Below are positions 1 to 11,350 of a stretch of DNA of 64,000 nucleotides, piece after piece. Source of the stretch: Camelus ferus (taxonomy: Eukaryota); NCBI RefSeq assembly GCF_009834535.1, contig NC_045698.1, positions 11,658,001 to 11,722,000 on the forward strand. The letters are read 5' to 3'. Positions within the stretch are counted from its first letter, which is position 1. The number at the start of each line of letters is the position of its first letter. The position numbers were made by a program, and so were the translations under genes. A model generated the notes under the pieces. That model was not told where the DNA came from. It made no database searches and saw only the letters and a program-made list of their open reading frames with translations.

Positions 1-432
1 GCTTCTACAATTCTGTATGAATAATAACTGAGCTAGTCAATATTATTTTACCATTAGAAATGGATCAATGTATTTCAAGCACATGTTTGAAGTTGTTTTT
101 TTGTTTTTTTTTTTTGTTTTAGCTAGCTTCCTGGAATAATTTTAGGCATATTAATTTCAAACAGCTAGGCATTGAATTTTAAACTGTTTAAATTTGCTGC
201 CACCAGACAAGTGTGAAGTGTCAATGTCTGTGTCTCGTTTAGTTTTGATGTTCATTAAAATTTGCATTAAATGCAACAACATGGTAAGCAATATAGAACA
301 CTACTTCCAGCTAATTCCGTCCTAGATGGGTGCTGTCATGTCTGTATGCACCACGTGGTCCTTTGTCAGTTTACTAGTCACATCAAATTGATGAAAACAA
401 AGCAGCCTTTTAAATCCATGAGGCAAAGTTGT

Positions 433-434
<2 letters not shown>

Positions 435-478
<44 letters not shown>
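435..478. repeat. (TG)n microsatellite
   Basis: Uninterrupted TG run. It explains the CVCV/THTH ORFs at 271-516 and 322-507. Confidence 0.98.
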
Positions 479-479
<1 letters not shown>

Positions 480-2094
480 TTTTCATATAATGGGCCACAT
501 GTTTCAAAAGACATAGGCCTGAAACACAGGAGCTGGGGGATCAAAAGGAATTGAAGAGGGTTCACCTCAAATGAGCTTTACATCCTGACATCTAGTTTCC
601 TTTTGCCAGAAATCCTTTATGTTCCAGATGCATTACATAATTTTAGCGGAGTTCCATTTGGACAGCTCAGTATTGTGTAATTAATTAGATTTGGCCTCCG
701 TTAGGCTTATTAATTAGTTGGTCCAGACTGTCTGCACGCCAGTTCAGTAACAACGTGATGGTCACAGGCCGCAGGCACAGTGGAGTGGACCCTGCTGGGC
801 CTTTGCGTCTGGGCGAACTGGTGGGGGTGATTTTATGCTCCTGTAGTGTGTCCTGGGACACAGGAAACTGTGTGGCTTTGGGCTCAGAGTCAGCATGACT
901 GCAAGGTCTGGGAAGCCGTGCTCAGGTGGCAGGTTTCCCACGTGTGAGGCTCGGCAGATCCTTGACAAGGACGGTGAGTGAACAAAGGGACAGACTTACT
1001 AAGAATAAGAAACATGGATGCTTTACGCCTGTTTGGTGTTACCAAGTTTAAAATGGGTTAAAATTCAAATGCCTGGCTCTTTGAAGTGACTGGGTTTAAA
1101 ATTACATCAGGGAGCTGAGAAAAAAAGAATGACTCTTGATTACAATACACTGGGAAGCTCAATTATTTACTCTTATCACAGAAAGCATTTCTCATTGTGG
1201 ATAGAAGAAGTAATTCGAGATTTTTGAAGCTTGTTTTTAAAGAAGGTTAAACTGTTCAAAATCCATAATGAGCTCTCTAAAATTTTCGGTTTTGTATCAC
1301 TTCACTAACGATGCAAATGTGTCTGAACGTGCAGAGACGTTCTTCACGTCCTGATAAACATTCAAATTAGTAACTTTGCACTGAACAGCTAAAAAGGACA
1401 GACCATTAAGGAAATGGAAGTTATTAAACCAACTAGAAATACAGAGATTTCTCTTTGAACACTGATGTCATTTTGATAATTTCTTTACCCACTATATACT
1501 GCTGTCTTATTTTTACCATTATGTGCAGAAAAATGGGGTTGTTTACATTCTTTCTCTAGGAAAATAATGTTTTTTCCCACAACTAGGAAACACCCACTCA
1601 GCACCCCTGGCCTGGAAGTCCCATATTATCCACCAGCCTCAACCGAAAGGAGCTGTGTGAATGGACCGTGAACTTGGACAATAAAAACAGAAGATGAGTG
1701 TCTTGGGGCTCCTCTCTCTCCACCCCAATGGTATCCAAGACCTGGATTTCAATTTGTAAGACACTTCTGAATCTTGAACAAAATTTGTCAACTGCTGAAC
1801 ACTTTCGTCCTCTAAAATTTGATATGTAAATATGTGCATATTTTTTCATTTAAATTTCTTCCCAGGTTTGGAAAGGAAAGTAATACAACAGTAAACAGAT
1901 TAGCTAAATAATTGCTATTATTTCCTTTGTTTCCATAAGATGTAAATAGGTGTGACTCCCTTGTATTCCTGAAAAGCTGTTCACTTCTACACAGCTATTG
2001 GACCTATGGTTTCCAACAAAAATAGGGCCGATTGGCTCCTCTTCTGGAAGTCCATTCTCTTTAGCATATTAGAAGGTGTAATTTAATAATCATG

Positions 2095-2275
2095 GCCTGT
2101 ATTTATCCAGGGATAAAATGTGCCAGGCACTTTTCTGATAAGTTATATGTATTAACTCATTAACAGAGGCAGAGAGAAGTTAAACAATTTGCCCAAAGTT
2201 AAACACCAGGTAAGGACTGGAGCTAAACCCAGGTGGTCTGGCTTCCAGGTTCATGCTCTCAACCCTTATACTGTC
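2095..2275 (-). mobile_element. MIR SINE fragment, core partly deleted
   Basis: tgtgccaggcact...attaactcatt...agaggcagagagaagttaaacaatttgcccaaag...aaacccaggtggtctggcttcca matches the reverse complement of MIR. Confidence 0.75.
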
Positions 2276-2569
2276 TAATAATTTTGCTGAGCTCTGATGA
2301 CAATTAATCGCATGCCCCACTGTCTTTTCAGTGCCATGGCAATTTTCCTGATCAAAATTTTGAGTCTGCCTTCCCTGGTCTAATGAAATTGCTTTCTAGC
2401 TCGATGTCCAGCTGTGAGTTATCCACTGATCCTCTGTGTAACTCCTAAGTCTACATTCCTGAGGAAAGGAGAGCCGCCCCAGCTGGGCTGGACTCCAGGC
2501 TCCAAAAGGGAGATTAAATGTCTGGTTCAGCACATATTCCCCGTGCCTGGCACGTAACTGTTGCAGGAA

Positions 2570-2672
2570 GGATGAAAGAAATGGATGAAGGAATATTATG
2601 AGGAAGAGAGTAAAGAAGGGAAGAAGGAAATTGGAAAGAAGGGAAGAAGGAAGGAAGGGAGGGAAGAGAGAG
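2570..2672. repeat. Purine-rich (GGAA/GAA) low-complexity tract, probably grown from an L2 3' tail
   Basis: gaaggaagg repeats directly follow gtgcctggcacgtaa (L2/MIR 3' end). Confidence 0.7.
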
Positions 2673-4624
2673 GTTCACTCCTCAATTCAGTTTCACCTGA
2701 CTTCTTTATGTTCTCCCCAATGCCACATACATTTCACTTTGGCCCCTCTTTGCCTCTGAGCACCTTCCTCCCTGGCACACAGTGCCCTTCCCTTTCTCAC
2801 CTGGTGACATCTCTCATCCATCCATAACTGGTTGTGATGGCAACTCTTCTAAAAAGCTGACCCCCTTCTGCCCCTCCTCTTCTAAGCAGAACCTCTCTTT
2901 GTGGGCCCCACAATCCACTATTTATACTTCTGTTGCACGTAGATTTTTTTCTTGCTGGAATACCAGATAAATGTTAATCTCCCTGTTGTCCACGGACTGC
3001 ATGTCATCATGGAAGACACCCTCCCTTGTGTTCACTAAACAGCCTAACACACCTAGTCAATGCTTTAAAAATACTATATCCTGACTTTAGTTTCCGTCAC
3101 CTATCTGATTGCTGGGTTAACATTCCCTCCACACCCATTCTATCATTGCCTGCAGGATAAACGTCCAGACACTAGTGAGAAGAGAGGTGAGACTTTAAAC
3201 TCAGATCTGTTTCCAAAGCCTAAGTTCTTTCTAAAGTGTCCTTCTTTCTCTCTGACTGCTCTTACAGTGGGCCTTCTCTCTGCCCACTTAAACTGACACA
3301 TCCTACATCTGAAAGCAAAACCAAAAAGGACATAATTAAACCTATCTAAAGGGTAGTTTTAGAGATGACAAAAAGTCAACAAAAGCAACAAGCAGCTCAG
3401 CAGAGTGCCAACTAAATCTGCCCTGTGTTTTCCAAATGGCATTTTCATGTACTTCTTGAGTCTGAAAGTTGCAGTTTGTTAAATGGATATTAACATAAAC
3501 ATGACACTCTCAGAGTTATACTTTTAAAAATTTTAATGATGTTTGGAAAGAATTAAATAAACATACAGTGGAAATTATTTAATGTTCTCTTTATATACAA
3601 CTATTTGAAGATGCAACAAGTAAGGTCCATCAGTCCTAGAAAGATGCAGAAAACGTGTGTGGCCCCAACTTGGGAATCATTGTGTGTGAGGGTCCATGTG
3701 GGAGTGGTACCTTTCGTGGGAGATTGGATAAATACCTCAATAATGATCACATACTGCTGTGAAACCATAGCAACAATTGTTGCCCTCAACAATGAAATCT
3801 TACAAATTATCACAGGTTTATTACTGCCTTCAGACAAGAAAGGATGAGAGAAAAAGCTAGGAATTTTCGTTAAAGAAATGATGGGAGGCCAAGCCAAGGC
3901 AAGACCGAGTCTCCCCCGTGTATAAATCACTTCCAGCCAGCAAGCTGAGAACCGGAGAAAGGCGGATACTCCATCAGGCCTCCAGGAAGCTATTTAGAAA
4001 GATGTTCCTGTCATTCTGTTGTCTGAAAGAGTTAATGCAGCTTCTCAATTTAGAATCCAATTTCCTCCCCAAAAATAACACGTGCTCAGAGGGAGTGAGG
4101 CTGAACTCCGAGAGAGTAGACTCGCTCAGTGTGTATTAAATCATTCAGTCTGAAGCACTGTTTCATCTTTGCTTTTACAAGGCAGGCCAGATATAAATCA
4201 TAGCTAATAGATTTGTAGTACAATGATTTATAGCATGCAGTGTGACAGGTGGGATTGCTTACTAGTGTCACAGGAGAGAACACCTGCTCTTAAGAAGTGT
4301 CCTCTTCACAAAAATGAATTTAGCCAAAACTTATTTTCAGTCATTTTTAGACAGTGTTTAAATTGAACCACTAAAGTTGGGATTTGAAATGCTGGCAGAA
4401 AACGTCTCAATATGTGATCAATTTGACATGCAGATAAAATATTCAGTTAATTATATGCCCATTCTTTGTAGAGTTGTATTTATAGGCTGCATATTAAAAG
4501 TGATTTCATGGTTTAATATGAGTCTTCACTGCAAGAAAAGCATTTTCATAAACTTATCAGACCTGAGATAAAAGTCAGACAAAAGAAGTTTGCTTTGCCT
4601 GAGAAAGGTGAAATCTAAACAGCC

Positions 4625-4688
4625 AAGAGAAAATAATTAAGGAAACCTGAAACTGCTTCTTTGAAATATTAATAAAATTGATAAATCT
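4625..4688 (+). mobile_element. L1 ORF2 fragment (left flank of the provirus)
   Basis: gaaactgcttctttgaaatattaataaaattgataaatct resembles L1 ORF2 (W-F-F-E-K-I-N-K-I-D-K-P region). Compare the equivalent stretch at 20680-20725. Confidence 0.7.
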
Positions 4689-4950
4689 TAATGAGGAAAA
4701 AATCATAAGTTTTCTATGGCAGGACAATCAAACTAAGACAGAAAGAAAAAACAAATGACATGGCCCTTTGGGTGTTGCCTTTTCCCAATGGGCAGTGTGC
4801 ACCTACATCATACGTTAACCAGACATCCTCAAAGCAGGAGGCTGAAATCAACCTTTGAGGAAAGTTGGCCCCTTTCTTCAGATGCCAGGATTGTAACTCT
4901 ATGACTAATTTTTGTTTTTCATCTCATACAAGGGGTCGCACTGACCAAAG
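4689..4950 (+). repeat. 5' LTR, U3 part only (truncated)
   Basis: Aligns to the 3' LTR (shared aactaagacagaaagaaaaaacaaatgacatg, cccctttcttcagatgccag, atctcatacaaggggtc) up to ccaaag, then switches to pol. Confidence 0.92.
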
Positions 4951-7900
4951 CCTCTACCCTATATCCGACAATATCCACTCAGATCAGGTGCACTAAATGG
5001 AATAAGACTTATTATTCAGGAATTCCTTAAGAAAGGACTTATAATTCCTTGCCCAGTTCCTGCAATACTTCTTTTTCCCAGTAAAAAAGCCAAATGGAAA
5101 AGGCTGGAGGTGTGTTCAGTACCTGAGGGCTATAAATAACAGTGCGATTCTTTGCCACCCTAGGGTTCGTAATCCTCCGACACTGCAGGAGACACCTATT
5201 ATTTCTCAGTTATAGACCTGTGCGGTGCGTTATTTAATATTCCAGGAGAAAAACAAAGCCACTTCCTCTTTGCCTTTACTGGGAAGATCGTCAATCCACT
5301 TAGACCATTCTACCACAAGGCTACCCTGAAAACCCTACTTATTTTTCTCAAATACTTGAAGCTGATTTGGCTAACGTACACCCCCAGTGGTTCTGCTTTA
5401 ATTCAGTAAGTAGATGACTTTTGTGCTCTAGAACTCAACAGGACTGCCAAAGAGACACTATTCACCTATTGCAACAATAAGCCTCGAAGGGGCATAAGGT
5501 GTCCAAAGACAAACTACAAGTCTGCTTACCAGCTGTGAAATATTTAGGTCATTTAATATCTAAGGAAGGATTGTTGATTGAAAGAATCAAGGGAATCTCA
5601 GCTTTCTCACTCCTCCAAACAAAGAAATAACTAAGAGGGTTTCTAGGTCTAGTTTTTCCCTCATTGCCAACCTCTCTATGCATTACTTAAGTCTGACCAG
5701 TCAGACCCAATTGAATGGTTGACCAAAGAAGGCTATAAATGCCTTAAAACGCGCGTTAGCCCAGGCTCTGGCACTGGGCCGTCCTAACTGTACGTTACCA
5801 CTTTTCCTCTGTGCGCGTGGAGCTAGAGTAAGCGCCCCGGGCATATTAACTCAGAGGCATCGCCCCAGAGCGTATTACAGTCAGCAGTCAGATCCGGTGG
5901 CAAAGGGGCTCCCACCCTGCACGAGGGCCCTTCCAGCGACAGCTCTCTCATGCAAAGCTACTGAAGAACTTGTAATGGGATCTCCTCTGACTTGTTATGT
6001 TCCTCACTCAGTTGTATCTCTCTTAAATTCTCATCAGACTCAACACTATTCTGTGAGTCGCTTGGCCTCTTATGAAGTATTGTTTACCCTTTTCACCCAT
6101 TATTACCTTGGCTCCATGTAATAGTCTTAACCCCACAACTTTGCCTTCATCACGTCAAGGTGACAACAGTGATGACTGTGTTACACTACCCAACCATCTT
6201 CCTACTCCTAGGGCTGACTTACAAGGAGCTCCACTGATAATGCTGATTCAATTTGGTTTACAGATGGATGAGCAGGGACATTATCGAGCTGGCTATGCGA
6301 CAATTTTGATAGTGGAAATAATTGAAAGTTTATGCTTACCAGACACCAAATCAACCCAAAAAGCTAAGTTGATTGCATTGATTAGGGCTTATCAATTAGT
6401 CAAAGATCAAATAGCCAATATTTATACTGATAGATGCTTTAGAGTGGCTCATGATTTTAGAATGCTGTGGAAACAGAGAGGATTTCTCACCTCTTATAGC
6501 CAGCCTATAAAGAATGGACAGCTAGTCTCAAAACTTTTAGACCTCATGCAATTGCCTACACAGCTGTCTATCATTAAAATACCTGGACATTCCAGTTCTG
6601 GCTCAGTAGAAACCAAAGGGAGTCAACTGGCCGATCCTGCAGCTAAACAAGTTGCCTTAAGCCTTGTCCCAGTCCAATTTCAAGAATGTCTTTTGCTCAA
6701 ACATAACTCTGATGAAACTGCTAAGAAATTTCTTTTGCAGGCTCAGGAACTAGCTTCAGAGAATGAAAAGCAAGCCTGGAGGTAAAAAAGGAGTACTTTC
6801 TGATCCCATCTCACAAATATGGTTCAGATCAAATAAGAAGCCTAAAAGTGCTCAGTTACCCTTACTCCAACACTTACCTTCCCTGACCCATCAGGCACCT
6901 GAGAAAATGATGTTATGGGGAAAACAATATGTCTGGAAACCATCACCCACTATAGTGGGAGTTATAGCTCATAAATTTTATGACTGATATTCTATCTGTC
7001 CTAAATATAATCCTGGTAAACTCCTTCCTGGCTCTTAAAGCCACTTCCCCTTCCCTAAGGGACCTTTCGAAGTTTGGCAACTGGACTTTATCCAGGTGCT
7101 TTCCTCTCAGGGCTATAAACGCATCCTGGTAATGGTATGCATGTTTTCACCCTGGGTGGAAGCATTTCCTTGGAGAAGGGCAACAGCCTTAATGGCATAT
7201 TACTATTGGAACGAATAATTCCAGTTTGGGGAATTCCTTCTGAGTTGCATAGCAGCCATGGTACCCAGTTTGTTGGACAGATTATTAAATCCACTTGTAA
7301 GACTTGGCCAATAATGTAGCATTTTCACTGCGCCTATCACCCTCAATCCTCAGGACTAGTAGAAAGGACAAATAGCACTATTTAAAAACACAACTGGCTA
7401 AATTTTCAGTTATTAATCTTCCATGGCCAAAAGCCTTTCCCTTGGTACTCCTCAATCTCAAGTCTATCCTCTTTGGCAAACATCAATTGTCTCCTTTTGA
7501 AAGAATTACTGGGTGACCTATGCATCTAGATGAAGTTGTATATGAACCAGTATATTCTACATTATTGTCAAGGACTCATCAAAGCGCTTAAAGAAAATGA
7601 AAAATTAATAACTGGTTACTTCCACAGTGTGCATCTGGGAGATGAAGACCTTAAGGACCATGGGTTACAGCCTGGGGATTTTGCCTACTGGAAAAGACAC
7701 CAGATGAAGCACTCCTTACAACTACTTTGGAAAGGACCATGGCAAGCATTGTTAACAAATCCCTGTGCTGTGAGACTTGAAGGAGTAAGGTCTTAGATTC
7801 ACGTTTCTCACCTCAAAAAGGTCCTCCCTCCTGAATGGACTGCAACTCCTATTTCTGAGACCAGGCTTCGACTAACTAAGAAAGGCCCCACCAAACCAGG

Positions 7901-7961
7901 ACTAGAAGCAGATGACAGCAGTGGCAGACAGCTAACCCAAGAGTCTGGACCAGGCCTATAA
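4945..7961 (+). pseudogene. pol: ERV pol pseudogene (RT, RNase H, integrase) with many stops and frameshifts
   Basis: RT: PKPLPYIRQYPL, PVKKPNGKGWRCVQYLRAINN, and YVDD box degraded to Q*VDD (TAA at 5407-5409). RNase H in ORF 6072-6785: AGYA, ANIYTD, KIPGH. Integrase: WQLDF, IIPVWGIP, YHPQSSGLVERTN. GPY/F-like WKGPWQ in ORF 7530-7796. Confidence 0.93.
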
Positions 7962-7989
7962 GACTTATTTTACCAGTTCAAACTCCCTC

Positions 7990-9318
7990 TGTCCATCAAA
8001 ATACTTGTCTCTCTATTAAAATTGAAAGTTATTCTATTTCCAGCTATGTTTTGTGCCAATGTTTAGGATGGAAAGAAAACTCTTTAGTAAAACTATCACA
8101 AAGTGTACCCACTGTGGGTAATTTAACTGGTTGTTGGATTTGTCGTCAAATTCCTCAGTCACCACAAGGCCGATTTAAACCCCTTGTGATTCCTGTCACT
8201 GAATTATCAGATGTTCCTAATGTTACCACTTGGATAGACTTCCCTCTGGCCTAAACTTTCAGGTTCAAATTCTCTAAAACATTAATATATCATCCCTTGC
8301 CTGACACTATCCTCAGTTATTAGAGACTGGACACAACTTACCCTAGGCCCCCCTTGCTCTGTCCCTTACTTAATTAACAGATGTCTTAAAGAAAAAAATA
8401 CAAGTCACTTGTGTCAACAACTCCCCCACATCAATGATCATATGGATAGTTTTTGGAAAGCCTGCAAAAGAAATAACCTATGGTTTAATATTGTGTCAAC
8501 AAAACTTCCAATCAACAATGGTATCAATGAAACCACTCTGGAAGGAATCACTTGTGCTACCCCAGGTTTTGTCTTTAAATGTGGTATTCAAACTGACCCA
8601 GCTTCCTACGAGTGGTCACAAAAATGTCTAAATAGCTGCCAAGTAGGTTTATGCTTATTGGAATGTTATGTTACCCCTCTATCTATATACAAAGAAACTG
8701 ATGGACCTCCTTTTTCTTCCCATTACAAAGTCAAAAGAACCATGCTAGCAGAATACCAAGATACCTGGTGGCAAAGTCTTTTTGGAATCTTGGTTCCTAG
8801 TGCAGGAGTATATGTGAGCAGAGATATCCTTAGAAACTATCAGCCACCATTGGTCAAAAGGCTGAAGAAACTGCAAAAAAGCATTGAAGCACAGCAGAAA
8901 TCCCTCAGTTCCTTAGCTCAGGTAGAATGAGATGGTAAGATTGCCTTAGATTTCCTACTGGCCAAACAAGGTGGCATTTGTGCTATAGCTCACGTTACTT
9001 GTTGCAATTACATCAACACGTCCAGAAGGGTTGAGAAATGTCTGGAAAAGATTTTCCCCAAAGCAAAATGGTTTCAAGGTATAAGAAAGACTGACCCTTT
9101 AAATGACCTTTTTTAGTTGCCTCCCCTCAGGACTAGGAACCTTTTCTGGCTCTGCTTTATAGACAATTGTTATTTTCATTGTATGTGTTATCATTCTTTT
9201 CTTTGTTACCAAATTATTTATGACACGTATCACTGCTTGTTTTAAGTCTACTGCCAAAAGCACACATATAGTGATTGTACAACAAACTGATACTATTGAT
9301 CAAATATACACTCTATAA
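7990..9318 (+). pseudogene. env: ERV env pseudogene, gamma-type (SU-TM)
   Basis: SU NLTGCWIC (CxxC) in ORF 8051-8254; furin-like KVKR near 8727-8738; fusion-peptide-like WWQSLFGILVP; ISD-like QVE*DGKIALDFLLAKQGG with TGA at 8928-8930; CX6CC = CAIAHVTCC; TM IVIFIVCVIILFFV; stop at 9316-9318. The 5' boundary is approximate. Confidence 0.9.
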
Positions 9319-9677
9319 TACTTCCTGCATCAAATATTTCTATGCTTGCTTACTGTATTTAATTAGATTACTGAGATAAAATAAATAATAATGCTTAAAT
9401 GAACTGAAACTGATGATCACATCCATATAAGATAATGGACATGCACACTACACATATAAGGTTCAATTGGCATAAGTTCTATTGGACACCCTGACATTGG
9501 CTCTGTTTCATTGCCAAGCAACCTACTGGAACAGTTTCCTAAAAAGAAAGAAAGAATTGGGCTATCAAGACCCAGCATCGAGGGACATCATAGATCCAGG
9601 GCAGGTAAGCAACCACCCTGGCATCAAGGGACCGAATAGTTGATCATCTGATGCTTTCTATCAAAAGATTTTTGGTC

Positions 9678-9690
9678 AAAAGGGGGAAGA
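9678..9690 (+). promoter_or_regulatory. Retroviral polypurine tract (PPT)
   Basis: aaaagggggaaga immediately before the 3' LTR. Confidence 0.88.
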
Positions 9691-10185
9691 TAATGAGGAA
9701 AGTATCATCAATTTTCTATGGCAGAACAATCCAACTAAGACAGAAAGAAAAAACAAATGACATGCCCCCCTTGTGATAAGTCTTTCCCAATGTGCAATGT
9801 GTATTTCACATTATACATTAACCAGACCTCCTCAAAGCAGAATGACAACCTTTGAGAAAAGTCAGCCCCTTTCTTCAGATGCCAGCATTGTAATTCTATT
9901 ATTAATATTTCTTTTTAATCTCATACAAGGGGTCACATTCACCAAAGGTTTGTTCTGTACATGCATAACTGACTGAAAAAAATTGATGAACTGTGTGCAC
10001 AATGCTAACTTGTCAATATGTTACATAAACTCTTTGCCTCAAAAGTATGTAAAACTGCATCTCTAACTCCTGATCAGTGGAGAAGTTCTCAGATCTTCTG
10101 AGAATCTGTTTGCCTGGTTATAATCCTCAGTTCGGCTTGAATAAAATTATCTTTTCTTTCTTCCTAGCTTGATTGTTATTTGATA
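9691..10185 (+). repeat. 3' LTR (extreme 3' tip apparently missing)
   Basis: Follows the PPT, is homologous to the 5' LTR, has a TATA-like tatgtaaaa near 10046 and AATAAA at 10140-10145. No clear terminal CA or TSD. Confidence 0.9.
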
Positions 10186-11350
10186 AGAGTAGTAAGAGAC
10201 TATTATAAACAACTTTAAGCCAATTAATTCAATTACACAGATGAAATTGACAAGTTCTCTGAAAAACATAACTTTAAAAAACTGACTCAAGAAGAAACAG
10301 AAGGTATGAATAACCCTATATACAATAAATTGACATTTTAATCAAAAACCTTCTGCAAACAAATGAACAAGCAACTCCAGGGCCAGATGGTTTCACTGGA
10401 GAATTTTACCAAACATTTAGAAAATATAATGTCAAATTTACATATACTCTTTCAGAAAATAAAGGAGGGTGGAATGTTTCCCAACTCATTTTATGAGCTC
10501 TGCATAAACTTGATACCAAAACCTGACAAAAACATTACAAGAAAAAAAAAAATTCCATACCATATTCCTTATGAGCATAGATTGAAAAAAAACCCTCTAC
10601 AAATATTAACAAACCAAATCCATCAATATATAAAAAGGAAAATGCAGCATGAGTGAGGGGAATTCATCCTAGGACTGCAAGTTTGATATAATATTCAAAT
10701 ATCAATCAGTGTAATTGACCATATCAACAAACTGAAAAATAAAAAGATTCTCTCAATAGATGTGGTAAAATTATGTGAAAAATATTCATTCATAATGAAA
10801 AGTAGGAGTAGAAAAAAAAAACTTCTTAACCTGAAAAGGGTATCTACAAAACACTTAGAGCTAGAATCATATTTAATGGTGGGAAAAAAAGGATCGAGTA
10901 CTAGACAAAGACACCACCCTTGTTATTTCTATTTGGTATTGAACTGGATGTCCTAGTCAATGCAATAAGGCAAGAAAAAAAGGTATACAAATTGTAAAGG
11001 AAGAAGTATAAAATTGTCTCTATTCATAGATGACATGATTACCTACGTAGAAAATCCTAGAGAATCTACAAGAAAACCTAATTAAATTACAAAGTCAATG
11101 TGGCAAAGCCTCAAAATACAAGGTCAATAAACAAAGATAAATTATATTTAAACATGAGCAGCAAAAAGTTGGAAAATAAAATTATAAAAATAATACTACA
11201 TAGAACACTATAAATCAGAAATTACTTAGGATGAAACATGTTTAAGGGTAATCTACAAAACATTTCTGAAAGAAATTAAAGAAGACCTAAATAAATGACA
11301 CTTATGTACCAGAAGACTCAATATTTTTCAGATAACCATTCTCCTCAAAG
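10186..11350 (+). mobile_element. Old L1 (L1M-type) ORF2 fragments, right flank of the provirus
   Basis: ORF 10363-10656 gives FPNSFYE...LIPKPDK (L1 ORF2). ctattcatagatgacatgatt is the RT F-x-D-D box near 11020-11040. Confidence 0.9.

Larger units (their letters stand above)
4689..10185 (+). mobile_element. Decayed class I (gamma-like/ERV1) endogenous retrovirus: partial 5' LTR - pol - env - PPT - 3' LTR, with gag/pro deleted
   Basis: Direct repeats at 4689-4950 and 9691-9947. RT, RNase H, integrase and env motifs lie in the correct order, with a PPT before the second repeat. Confidence 0.95.

Noticed and set aside
271..516. CVCVCV/THTHTH ORFs (also 38122-38307)
   Set aside because: Artefacts of (TG)n repeats.
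6072..6785. Longest ORF (237 aa) as a functional or domesticated gene
   Set aside because: It is a residual open stretch of ERV pol (tether/RNase H). Its catalytic motifs are damaged and it is flanked by stops and frameshifts.
8409..8930. 173-aa env ORF as a syncytin or secreted Env
   Set aside because: No in-frame signal peptide or CxxC, a frameshifted segment near 8835-8880, and a stop at the start of the ISD.
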